From Candidatus Cloacimonadales bacterium (lineage in GTDB: Bacteria > Cloacimonadota > Cloacimonadia > Cloacimonadales > DAONDQ01): 64,000 nt of DNA. The notes under the pieces were generated by a model that ran no database searches, was not told where the DNA came from, and saw only the letters and a list, made by a program, of their open reading frames with translations. Numbering within the stretch: position 1 is the stretch's first letter; every line of letters starts with the position of its first letter. Made by a program: the position numbers and the translations under genes. Location: NCBI GenBank assembly GCA_963662275.1, contig OY759316.1, positions 1,184,001 through 1,248,000 on the forward strand, written 5' to 3'. Below are positions 39,923 through 50,800 of this stretch, in pieces.

Positions 39923-41236
39923 ATGAAGCGTAAAGTCATTATCATGGGTGCAGCAGGAAGAGATTTTCATAATTTCAACCTCTTCTATCGCGACAACGAT
40001 TCCTATGAAGTGGTTGCCTTCACTGCAACTCAGATTCCTGGAATCGACGACAAGAAATACCCAGCCGAATTAGCCGGGAAACTGTATCCTAACGGGATTA
40101 ACATCTACCCCGAAGCCGAATTGACAAACCTGATCAAAAAATACAATGTCGATCTGGTCGTCTTCGCCTACAGTGATGTTCCTCATGAACGTGTGATGCA
40201 TAATGCATCTCTCGTTACTGCAGCCGGTGCTGATTTTGTCCTTATGGGCGTAAACCAGACCCGCGTTAAGACAACCAAACCTTTGGTCACTATCTGTGCC
40301 TCACGTACAGGTTGCGGCAAAAGCCAAACCACACGTGCAGTAGTGAAAGCCCTGAAAGCAAAAGGCTTGAAAGTTGTGTCTATTCGTCATCCCATGCCTT
40401 ATGGTGACCTGGTAGCACAAAAAGTTCAACGCTATGCAACACTTGATGATCTTGTGAAGCACAAATGCACAGTGGAAGAAATGGAAGAGTACGAACCACA
40501 TATTGCTATCGGTTCCGTGATTTATGCCGGTGTCGATTATGAAGCAATCGTTCGTGAAGCTGAGAAAGAAGCTGATGTGATCGTATGGGACGGCGGAAAC
40601 AATGATACGCCTTTCTACACATCTGACAAAGAACTGAAGATAGTTGTTGTCGACCCACATCGTCCAGGTGCAGAATTATCTTACCACCCAGGCGAAGCGA
40701 ATGTTCACATGGCTGATGTCATTGTGATCAATAAGATCGATACAGCCGATTTGGAAGATATCCTTGAAGTTCGTGAGAACGTCCGCTCAATCAACAAGAA
40801 AGCAATCATCATTGATGGCGCTTCTCCTGTTTCTGTGGATCATCCCGAACTCATCACCGGTAAAAGAGTCCTCGTTGTGGAAGATGGTCCTACCCTCACC
40901 CACGGTGAAATGACTTACGGTGCCGGCATTATTGCCGCAGAGAAGTACGGCGCAGAAGACTTAGTTGATCCTCGTCCATACGCTGTTGGCGAAATTCAAG
41001 AAACTTTCGAAAAGTATCCTGATATTGGTATTCTTCTTCCTGCAATGGGTTACAGCGACCAGCAGATCAAAGATATGGAAACGACGATCAATGCAACCGA
41101 ATGCGATTCAGTTGTGATTGCAACTCCAATCGACCTTCGTCGTATCATTAAGATCAACAAACCAGCCTGCCGTGTAACTTATGATCTCCAGGAAATTGGC
41201 GCTCCAACGATCGCTGATGTTCTGAAAGATTTCTAA
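39923..41236 (+). CDS. arcE: Arginine synthetase-like P-loop protein (family often annotated GTPase or cyclic 2,3-DPG synthetase)
   Basis: GAAGRDFHNFN, AFTATQIP, RTGCGKSQT, RHPMPYG, WDGGNND, EDGPTLTHG, LPAMGY; immediately upstream of carbamate kinase. Confidence 0.75.
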   Translation: MKRKVIIMGAAGRDFHNFNLFYRDNDSYEVVAFTATQIPGIDDKKYPAELAGKLYPNGINIYPEAELTNLIKKYNVDLVVFAYSDVPHERVMHNASLVTAAGADFVLMGVNQTRVKTTKPLVTICASRTGCGKSQTTRAVVKALKAKGLKVVSIRHPMPYGDLVAQKVQRYATLDDLVKHKCTVEEMEEYEPHIAIGSVIYAGVDYEAIVREAEKEADVIVWDGGNNDTPFYTSDKELKIVVVDPHRPGAELSYHPGEANVHMADVIVINKIDTADLEDILEVRENVRSINKKAIIIDGASPVSVDHPELITGKRVLVVEDGPTLTHGEMTYGAGIIAAEKYGAEDLVDPRPYAVGEIQETFEKYPDIGILLPAMGYSDQQIKDMETTINATECDSVVIATPIDLRRIIKINKPACRVTYDLQEIGAPTIADVLKDF

Positions 41237-41265
41237 AAAAGTTAAATATAAACTATCATAATGGC

Positions 41266-41293
41266 AAGGAGACTTACTACGGTAAGTCTCCTT
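41266..41293 (+). terminator. Stem-loop after arcE (attenuator or mRNA-stabilising hairpin)
   Basis: AAGGAGACTTAC-tacg-GTAAGTCTCCTT, perfect 12-bp stem. Confidence 0.55.
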
Positions 41294-41390
41294 CCTTGTC
41301 TTATGTAGAGACGCCCAATTGGGGCGTCTCAATGAACTGGAAGGGTTTACTCCCGCAAACCCCTACGAAAAGCAATGGAGGATTCGAAAT

Positions 41391-42338
41391 ATGATTAAGA
41401 AAGCAGTATTGGCATTAGGTGGCAATGCAATCATCATGGCTGGTCAGAAAGGTACAGTTTCTGAGCAGTTTGAAAATACACGTAATAGTCTTGGCGGAGT
41501 AGTGGAACTCATTCGCCAGGGTTATCATTTAGCAATCACACATGGAAACGGACCACAGGTCGGTAATCTTCTTCGTCAGCAGGAAGCTGGCGAGAAAGAA
41601 GGGATTGCTCCCCTGCCATTGGGTATCCTCAATGCAGCAACCGAAGGTACAATGGGCTACATGATCGAACAGAGCCTGCAGAACCGTCTGCATCTTCAAG
41701 GCATTGATAAACAGGTCATCACAGTCACAGCACAAGTTGTTGTGGATAAGAATGACCCCAGCATGCTGAACCCCACCAAGTATGTCGGCAGTACCTATTA
41801 TACTAAAGAACAGGCTGATCAGCTTCATGCCGATTTAGGCTGGACATTGAAGGAAGATTCCGGTAAGGGTTATCGCCGTGTTGTTCCTTCACCAAAGCCG
41901 ATTGATATTCTTCCTGCCAAAGCCGTGAAAGCTATGGTGGAAGAGGGAGATATCGTCATCACAGTCGGTGGTGGTGGAATTCCAATTTATATTGAAGAAA
42001 ATGGAACTTATGAAGGCGTTGATGCCGTGATCGATAAAGATTTTGCTTCTGCTTTACTAGCCCGTATGATCGAAGCTGACCTTCTTGTCATCTTGACAGG
42101 TGTGGACAAGGTTTCTATCAATTATGGCAAACCTGATCAGAAAGAACTTGATCGTCTTTCCATCGCTGATGCCAAGAAATACGATGCTGAAGGTCAATTC
42201 CCGAAAGGAAGCATGGGTCCCAAGATCCAGGCTGCCATCAGTTTCATCGAACAGGGTGGAAAAGAAGTGCTCATTACTTCCATCGAAAAGATCGTCGATG
42301 CGTTTGAGGGTAAGACCGGAACGATAATACACGCATAA
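41391..42338 (+). CDS. arcC: Carbamate kinase
   Basis: ALGGNA, THGNGPQVG, PTKYVG, GYRRVVPSP, GGGGIP, AVIDKD, GSMGPK; RBS GGAGG before ATG 41391. Confidence 0.95.
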   Translation: MIKKAVLALGGNAIIMAGQKGTVSEQFENTRNSLGGVVELIRQGYHLAITHGNGPQVGNLLRQQEAGEKEGIAPLPLGILNAATEGTMGYMIEQSLQNRLHLQGIDKQVITVTAQVVVDKNDPSMLNPTKYVGSTYYTKEQADQLHADLGWTLKEDSGKGYRRVVPSPKPIDILPAKAVKAMVEEGDIVITVGGGGIPIYIEENGTYEGVDAVIDKDFASALLARMIEADLLVILTGVDKVSINYGKPDQKELDRLSIADAKKYDAEGQFPKGSMGPKIQAAISFIEQGGKEVLITSIEKIVDAFEGKTGTIIHA

Positions 42339-42339
42339 T

Positions 42340-42440
42340 AGGTGTAAGGTGCTAGGGGCTAGGTGTTAGGTGTTAGGTGTTAGGTACTAGGTGCTAGGTG
42401 TTAGGTACTAGGTGCTAGGTATTAGGTGCCAGGTTTCAGG
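42340..42440 (+). repeat. Heptamer tandem repeat (TAGGTGY/TAGGTAC)n, about 13 units
   Basis: Begins at the arcC stop and is followed by hairpin GGGTCTGC-ttca-GCAGACCC (42444-42463). Confidence 0.9.
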
Positions 42441-43386
42441 GAAGGGTCTGCTTCAGCAGACCCATTCCTCCCTTTGGATAAAGGGAGGTGACCTTTAGGT
42501 CGGAGAGTTTGATTCTATTTTCTTCCAATTCATAATTCATAATTCGTAATTTGCACTTGAATTGCTCTCAAATGACAATGGAAATGAAAACCAAATAGAT
42601 ACTAAATAGAAGCTAATCAAAAACTAAAATACTTTAGGAGCTGATTAGGATCTGACTAGTAGCTGGATACTATCTCATTTAGATGCCAAGAGTGAGCCAT
42701 AAGGATTCCTCTTTTAATACAAACAAAGATGAAAATGGATATAAATAAAGCATCTACAAAAGACAACCTAAAGAAGTCTAGGTTATTCCTAGGTGGTTCT
42801 TAGGTGGTCTTTAGGTGATTCATACCTGGTTTTATATGCGACTTATTTGTCGATATTTAGCATCCTCTTTTCTGTCACTTATAGTTTTTAGTTACTAGCT
42901 TTTAGTTTATGCAGTCTTTATGCAATTCGTAATTGATGAACCAATCCTACAAGGATGAAAGATGATAACCAATGGTGTGAGCCACTGGAAAGAATCCTCC
43001 CAACCTTTCAGAATCTCGGAGAGATGACAGATAATAACCCATAGCGTGAGCTATGGGAAAATAATCCCGCCAAACCTATAGAACCCTGACAAGGGGTGGT
43101 ACTCTGAGATTGTAATATAGCTTTGGAAGCTGTTATGTCATTGGGATTGCATCCCAATGACTCTGATCAGACTCCGAGGTTACAAACCTAACAACAAAAC
43201 AACTAACATATTTTTGTTACGATTTCCCATTGCAATCCTGACGTTCACACGTTAGCTATCGGATTTCATCTCTACGAGATTAATGATGTAAGAATTTAAA
43301 CGGTCTAAAGGCGGAGCTACGAATTCAGTAGGATCGGCATCCTACTCCACCAGCAGATAGCAAGAACGGCGTCTTGCTTTACTTTT

Positions 43387-45247
43387 GAGACTGTTCAAAA
43401 TTAACCTCCATTTTACGCAGCCTTATTGGTAGTGACAGAGAAAAAGTGGTCTAAGTGCGACCAATCCACATTTTCTTGACATATGCGGGAGATACTTAAA
43501 CTTGCTAAAAGTGATTCCTGACGCATGATTGGTTGACCTTTATCGACCAGTTCTTTGAACCAAAGCGAAAACACAAGGTTGCGGGTGGTTTCTTCAGATT
43601 TTAGTCCAAATCTACCGGATGTCACCTTCTTGATTTTGCGGTTCCAGCGTTCAGAGACATTGGAAGTCAAACCTTTGCTGAGGTGTCTCCAATCACTAAT
43701 GATATTGCTTTTGATGTATTCGGCGGCGGTTGGGGGAGTAATAGCTGTCAGGCTTGCGATACCCTTTTTCCTTCCGCCCGCCGTTTCTCTTCGGAAAGCT
43801 TTCATAATCCTCTTCTTAAAGAACTTGTCCCTGTCTTCAGGGAGATGACATTGACTGATTCTTTTGAAGAGATTTCGTATCTTATGGAACTTACAGAGTT
43901 GGTAATGGACTTTTGGAAACACTGTTTTTCTTGCAACTGCTAACGATTTACTGCCATCACTGACAATCAGGGTTGGATCTTTCCTGTAGAGCTGTCTGAA
44001 GGTTCTGAAACATGCTTCGAATGATTCTTTCTTTGTGTCAGGATACAACTCACAAAACAGAGGGATGTGAGTCACAAAATCAACAATACTGATGACATAG
44101 TACGGAATACCTTTGATCTTCACATATTTCTCATCAATGCTGATCTTTCCGCTCCACTTACCGATTGAGTTCAGAATCAGGCTCTGCAGGTCAGCGATTT
44201 CATGCCAGAGATTTGAGACTGTAGCTTTACAGGTGTTGAGCAGCAAAGCTATCGTCTCGAAGTTCATACCGCTTCCAACCAGGTAATGTACCAGCAGACA
44301 CAGGTTCTTGCGTTCCAGACTATGGAACGGCTTTGCATCGGCGGTTCTATGGGATGTATTGCCTTTAGCAGTCTTCATTTGTTCCAGGAGTCTGTCACAG
44401 ATAACAGGTGTATTCTGCTGACCGGCAAGCAGTTTCAGCAGATGTACAGCATCACCGCCTACTGTCTTTTTCAGAAGAAGCTTCTGAGCTTGCTTAACTA
44501 CAGACAGAGAATTGACCTGAGAAGCATATTTGCAGAAAGTGGTATAGGACATTTTAAAATCATGATGGCTGATGAACTCCTGATACATGACATTTAAAGG
44601 TAAAAGCAGGTTATTGATAACAAAATTCTCGATCTGAGGAATACACTCCAGCAGGTCAACTTTCCGGCTTAAATATGCCAGGATATCATGACCATGCTGC
44701 TCAAACTCTTGCCAGAAATTATGTACATTCCTGCGGTCTGCGTAGTTAAACAGATCAGCTATTTGCTGAAGTGTAAGGAGGTTGTCTCCGCCTATTCCTA
44801 CTAATAAGCGTAGAAACGCTATTAAGAACTTGTGGTTTGATGTTGTCTCAGGCAAAGTGAATGAAAATGGTACGTTAATACTTACATGGTATTGGTTACT
44901 TTCATGACTAACACTTACCGCTTCTTGAATTGGAGTGTTTTTTTGTCATAATATCCTCCCTTTTGTTACCAGGTAACAAATGCCATTGAAGCTATAGCAA
45001 AAAACTTGTAAAGAACTATTTTATATGATTTTAACTACACATTTAGTCAGAAACGGCTTCGAAACATTACTTATAATCGCGTGTTTTTCAATTTTAGTCA
45101 AAAAGCTTAACTTGTGATTTGGTGTCCTTAGCAGAGCTTATCTGTCAATTCTGGAAGGTATGTTAAATTATGACCGTTTCGACCACTTTTTTCAACTTGC
45201 TACTTTCTAACTTATTGAATATTATGAATAACTTCATGAACAGTCTC
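43387..45247 (-). mobile_element. Complete 1861-bp insertion sequence, Mutator/IS256-like DDE
   Basis: TIRs GAGACTGTTCA (43387) and TGAACAGTCTC (ends 45247); 8-bp TSD TTACTTTT at 43379-43386 and 45248-45255. Confidence 0.9.
43413..44949 (-). CDS. DDE transposase; the RBS-preceded ATG is out of frame by one extra A in an A7 run
   Basis: ISIDEKY (D1), IVSDG (D2), QLCKFH (CxxH), TSNVSER (E); RBS GGGAGG before ATG 44949; long frame open from about 44945. Confidence 0.8.
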
Positions 45248-45874
45248 TTACTTTTTCACCGGTTGCCGGATAATGGTTTTCAGTTTATCCGGAGCAGAAC
45301 GACGAGGGTCATTCAAATAGATCTCATGATGCTTGCCTTCCAAAGAATAACCTTTATTAGCAATGGCAGCATGAAGTCTTTCAATAGTAGGTGCTTCAGA
45401 AGCATAGGAACCTTTATGCAGAACTTGAGCGCAGAAGCCTTCTTCCCATTTTTCCATTCTCAGTAATGAAAGAGCTGGAAGAGGTTTCTTCTTAGCAGCA
45501 TCATGCTTCGCCATTTGCAGCATGGAAACGGTAACAAAAGACGGTTGCATGATCATAGCAGTCCATTTCCACTTATCGATTGTTTCCATGGAGAATTCTG
45601 TCATATCATCCATCCACCAAAGGCATTCCAATGGCATCACAACATAATCCTGACGTTCCCGATAGGCAAACTTCAAGGTATAGGATACACTATATAAGCA
45701 TTCAACTGCATTTTGATAAGTTTCGTCTGAATTGGGATTCCCTTCACCATCAATCATCAGGAATGGGAGTTTAGGCACTTTCACAAATTGCACTTCTTTT
45801 GTCGTGGCATCAAATATCTGGAATAGTTCATTTTTAAGATCAAGCTTCAGCGTTTTCTGTCGCTGTATTTTCAT
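45248..45874 (-). CDS. GyrI-like small-molecule binding domain protein
   Basis: FLMIDGEGNPN, LYSVSYTLKF, YVVMPLECLWW, W.WTAMI.QP, H.GSY..E, HHEIYLNDPRR. Confidence 0.85.
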   Translation of the reverse strand: MKIQRQKTLKLDLKNELFQIFDATTKEVQFVKVPKLPFLMIDGEGNPNSDETYQNAVECLYSVSYTLKFAYRERQDYVVMPLECLWWMDDMTEFSMETIDKWKWTAMIMQPSFVTVSMLQMAKHDAAKKKPLPALSLLRMEKWEEGFCAQVLHKGSYASEAPTIERLHAAIANKGYSLEGKHHEIYLNDPRRSAPDKLKTIIRQPVKK

Positions 45875-45987
45875 GGAAATACCTCCCCAGGGAAATAATT
45901 TAATATTACTGATTTACAGGATATCTTGTCAATGTATGATACCGAAATTAAGAAGAGATGCCTAACTTGGGCGTCTCTAAGGTTCAT

Positions 45988-47838
45988 TTAATTCATGGCA
46001 GTCACTTTATAGAATCCAGATGCGAATGCTGTAGGAATACTGTAAGTGGTTCTTGTTGAAGTTGTAATTAGTTCAAAAGTGCCATTTGGATCATCAGCTC
46101 GATAAATACTATAGCTGGTTGCACCGATAACGGCTTTCCAAGTTAACTGAATACCATTTGCATCCAAAGATAATTGGACATTGGGTGCTGTTAATCTCGT
46201 TGTAGCAGAAACCATATTTGATTCACCTGAGATGTTCCCATTGTAGTCTCTAGCTCTGATCTTAAAATAATACTCTGTATTGCCGTTCAAACTGGAAATG
46301 GATATTTGATTATTTGCCTGGCTTGCTAAAAGAGCATTATTATTTCGTGTAAAAAGAAGAAAATTCGTACCTGTGATTGGTTCTGTGGAATACATGATTT
46401 CATAAGTTTTGAAATCATAAGCATAGCTCCTGTTCCATAACAAATTAACAGAATTATAATTATAGCCTAGAACCTGCAGGTTTGCTGGTGTTGAAGGAAG
46501 CTGGTTATCATTCATGGCAAAAAGACTGGGTAAAGTGGATGTAAGATTGTGCACTAATTGTTCATAGTACGCCCATGCATGGTCATACACATTGTTTAGA
46601 TTGTAATTACCGGTTTGTGTATCATAACCATAAAACCAGTTCAGATTGCTTGTTGTCTGGTCAAAACAATTTGGCAGTTCATCCATTTCAATATGAAGGA
46701 AGGGGTCGAAAATATCATAATCATTCCAGCCGTTTAAAGAATAAATGGCTTGTCTATTCATGGAGTAACCAGGTAAATCGATATTCGTATTACATGTAAA
46801 AGTAGTATCCGCATTCGAATAAGATACCGGATAAGCATGATTGAAAAAAGCATAATAATCATTAAACATAACTTGCCTATGAGTTCCGATCGTGTTTGCA
46901 GTTAGCATGACCGGATTTCCATGATGGATCATATCTTCATGGAGATTGGAAAGATCTCGGACAGGCAAATTCAGGCAGACATTATTTGAACCTGCTGAAA
47001 TCTGGTTGCTAGCATATCCCACGTGGCGATTCCAATCATAGCTGTGAACCTGGATAGATAGTTCACGTTTACCAAATTGCAGCCTGATCTTATTGCAAAA
47101 AATCTTATATGCATAATTGAAGGCAGTTGCATCAATCCTGGAAGGATCAGATAGTGAAGTAGAATTAGTATAAGTTCCACTCCAGGCAATTTCCCTGCCT
47201 GCCCCAGCGATTTGGAAGAACATCGCATTCCATTCAACAAAAGCTTTCGCGGCGATATAAGGAGCAATAAAATCATCATTCGGATGGACAACATTAATGA
47301 TCATAGGTGATGTTGCTAATGGATAATAGACAAACAATCCCCATCCATATGCAAAACTGCCATATTCATCATCTCCGGTATCCATTGTTCCCTGGTCATC
47401 AAAATATGCTGTAACGAGATTCTCTCTCAGGAGATAGTAAATTCGTCCAGTATCTGTATCATTGAATTTGACAACCTGGTAGGGGATATTATTTGCTGTA
47501 AGAGTATCTTGCGCTGCACCATATCTAGCCGCGAGCAGTTCATTAATTGCCCTGTTCCAATGCAGCAGTTCGTTCGCAGCAGCGATATGAAATGCCCCAA
47601 AACCATTTGTCTGACGATCCCAAGGCGCATATAGATTGTAATTTGGGATGGCGATACCTTCTGAAACATGAGATACCCACTTATCATATGCACAAGCAGG
47701 TTCAGAAAAGAAAAGGAAATTACTAAACGATCCTGTTTCTTCAGTGATTACTGCGAAACAGGGGAACACAAAGCAAAGGATAAAACCAATAATCACCAAT
47801 CTATATATGATTAGTTCTTTAATATCATTTGGTGTCAT
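45988..47838 (-). CDS. Secreted protein: unknown N-terminal domain + FN3 + short C-terminal tail domain
   Basis: Signal peptide; PSTPANL..SVNLLW..YEIMY..L..NTEYYFKIRARD FN3; tail ends SGFYKVTAMN. Confidence 0.7.
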   Translation of the reverse strand: MTPNDIKELIIYRLVIIGFILCFVFPCFAVITEETGSFSNFLFFSEPACAYDKWVSHVSEGIAIPNYNLYAPWDRQTNGFGAFHIAAANELLHWNRAINELLAARYGAAQDTLTANNIPYQVVKFNDTDTGRIYYLLRENLVTAYFDDQGTMDTGDDEYGSFAYGWGLFVYYPLATSPMIINVVHPNDDFIAPYIAAKAFVEWNAMFFQIAGAGREIAWSGTYTNSTSLSDPSRIDATAFNYAYKIFCNKIRLQFGKRELSIQVHSYDWNRHVGYASNQISAGSNNVCLNLPVRDLSNLHEDMIHHGNPVMLTANTIGTHRQVMFNDYYAFFNHAYPVSYSNADTTFTCNTNIDLPGYSMNRQAIYSLNGWNDYDIFDPFLHIEMDELPNCFDQTTSNLNWFYGYDTQTGNYNLNNVYDHAWAYYEQLVHNLTSTLPSLFAMNDNQLPSTPANLQVLGYNYNSVNLLWNRSYAYDFKTYEIMYSTEPITGTNFLLFTRNNNALLASQANNQISISSLNGNTEYYFKIRARDYNGNISGESNMVSATTRLTAPNVQLSLDANGIQLTWKAVIGATSYSIYRADDPNGTFELITTSTRTTYSIPTAFASGFYKVTAMN

Positions 47839-47856
47839 GATTCACGGTTCATTCAA

Positions 47857-50800
47857 TCATCGTTTATCTCGGATCAATTGAGACTTTGTTGATGGGCTAA
47901 TAGCAGTAATCTTATAGAATCCCGAATGAATTTCTGTTGGAATTGGATATGATGTACCTGAAACTGTTGAGATTAACTCGAAAGTACCTTCCAGTGAATC
48001 AGCGTAATAAATATTATATCCATCAGCACCGATTACCGTAGGCCAGGATAACTGGTTTCCATCTATTGTTATCTGTGCTTCCACTTGTGGTGCTGCAAAA
48101 CCAATTCCTGATATATGAATGATATTTGAGCTGTGATTTATATCATTACTCGAGATTGTCAGATTCGAATCAACTAATCCACTCGTATCCGGAGTAAACT
48201 CCAGATCAAATATGCTGCTATCTCCTGCAGCTAAATTGTAGGATAGTGCATTTCGACTCTCAAGCATTTTCTTACTTCCCGTTGCAATACTAACCGAGAA
48301 GCCTGGTAATGCAGTGATTGAACCTGTCATAGCTACTGTTCCAGTATTAGAAATAGTGAACTGGAGTGTTTTTGAACTTCCTATATTCACACAGCCGTAA
48401 TCCAAGGCTGTCCTATCAATATTAAATACCGGTAATTGAATAACTTCTTCCACTGTAATATCATCAATGAAGATGTTATTGCCATATTTACTACCAGCCT
48501 GGAAGAGCACATATCGTTTATTACTACCCTGGTTGATTGGAAAATCAAAACTATATTCATACCAGCCAACTGCTGTTATGGTAGGACTCATACCTCTTGC
48601 TCGATGTATAGTTCCGAGAAGCGTAGCGCTTGTTAAATTCTGCGTAGAATTGAAGTACACATTGATACTATCTGCATTGGATGCATACAAGCTATCCCTG
48701 TACATCCAGAATTTAACTCGGAAGTTCTTACTTAAGACCATTCTCAAAGGTGGTAAAGCAAGAAAGGCTGAGTTACCGGTAGCAATACTATAACTGTTAT
48801 ATCTAAGCATCGCTGCTCCGCTATGAGGTGAGCATATGGGATATGTACCAGTAGTTTGTTTATCAAAACTCTGGGTAGAAGGAGCAATCGGTGCATTCAC
48901 AGCACCAAAAGGTGGAAACAAAGCTCCCTCGAATCCTTCAGTATAGGGGTAAGTTACAACTGTCGGATCACTGCTTGTACCTGTGAGAGTAACATCATGA
49001 GTCTGTTTTGTTAGAGTATCAGTCACTCTTATACTTGCGGTTTTAGTACCTAGGTCTGTTGCTGTCATGACTACTGAGATAGTCATACTCTGCCCGGTAT
49101 TCAGTAATTTCGGATAAGTATTGGTGTCTGTAATAATGAAGCTGTTCGGATATAAGCCTGTTTTAGTGATCGAGCTTATTGTAAGGGTTCTTCCACCGGT
49201 ATTTGTAATAGTAACAGTTCTTGAATCGGAAACAGTGGTGTAAACTATCGTACCATAATCAATTGAACTTGGACTGACGGAAAAGCTTGGTGTCGATTGA
49301 ATATTGCCCATCGTAATTTGAATATTAGGTCTCTGGCTGGAAAGAGTTCCATTGGTTATGGGAGCATCTGTATCTTTTTGCCAGTTTTGCACCATATTCG
49401 CTGCTGAAACAGAATATTGAAAACCGGAACCGGCAGAAACGCCGGAACCTGAACCACCATAATTGCATTCCATTAAAACCAATAGATTATTCCCTGAATA
49501 CGGGTAATCTGTGATATCTAAATTCAGCCAGGTATTAATTGCAGGTGCAGTAATAGAAGCGTCGTATACAAGAGTAGCACCCAGGATCATGTTGCTCCAG
49601 GAATCAGCAGTCAAGCTTGAAGCTGTTATCGTCTTGAGGTAAATCTTCGTAGGTATTGCAGCAGTTGTGGCAATCGTTGGATACCAGGTAAGATAATTCA
49701 CCGTACCATATATGGGAACCTCGGACTGTAGAAAGAGATTTGCGCTTCTTTCATAACCGTAATATGTTGAGATGGGTTTACGTGAGACTGTTGTTTCGGT
49801 GCCAATCGAAATGACAGCAGTGCTGATTGGCGTGACATTGATAGTATTACTTGCAACAGATTCGCCTGAAGGATTTGTATAGGCCGCTTTAACATAGTAG
49901 GTATATGAAGTCCCATTAATAACCGTATTATCCACGTATGTAAGACCTGTCTGTGTTGTAAGCAGGCTTCCATTACGATATACTTTGTAACTTATTGGAG
50001 TACCGGAACTGGGAACTAACCAATTTAATGTAATAAATCCGATACTGGCTACAGCAGTCAAGGTCTGCGGGGGATTGAATGTAACAGCAGGATAGGCAAT
50101 ATAGTCCACCCAAGCACAGTCTGAACCATATGTAACACTGCCATCCTTCATATATTCCCATTTCAGGATATGATCACCGGCTGTGATATTGAAAGCTGCC
50201 ATCGACCAATCAACAACTCCAGACCATTTGCTCTTGAGAACCCCATCAATGTAGAATTTAAGATAATCATAACCGGATTCAGATGATACTTTGTAAAAGA
50301 AGCTTACTTGTCCCGCTATGCAGGGAGTAGTAACTTGCATTACAGACGATTGACTATGTGTGATGACTCCTGATTTTGCACTCTTTGCACCATTAAAGTA
50401 ATTCGCTGTGTCGATCGACCAGTTAGCATTACCGGAAAGAGTCCAGGGAAGTGAAGTGAAACCGTTTTCAAAGTTTTCACTTAAAGGTGTTAATGGGTTT
50501 GATGTACTATATGTGAAAGTAATGGAATTACCCGCTGAGCTTCCAATGCTGTTCAAATTCAAACCATAAACAGAATCATCATACAAAAATGGTTTCGGAT
50601 TTGTATATTGATTAAAGATGATACGACCTGCTTCATCACTGAAGAAAGCAGTGCTGAGATCACCGTTTACGAGAGTGGTACCATTCGGACGATAAGCATA
50701 AACTTCATCTGGTGGACCGGAGGCATTACCGCTGGCTGTAGTATTAATTCGATAAATCATCAAACCGCTACCGGGAACGCTGGATTCAAATGTACCTGTT

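Noticed and set aside
41319..41390. N-terminal extension of carbamate kinase
   Set aside because: It starts inside a REP; the RBS and family alignment favour ATG 41391
42340..42440. Telomere-like or G-quadruplex function of the TAGGTG repeats
   Set aside because: Mostly GG runs only, and it is one of many unrelated heptamer tracts in the window
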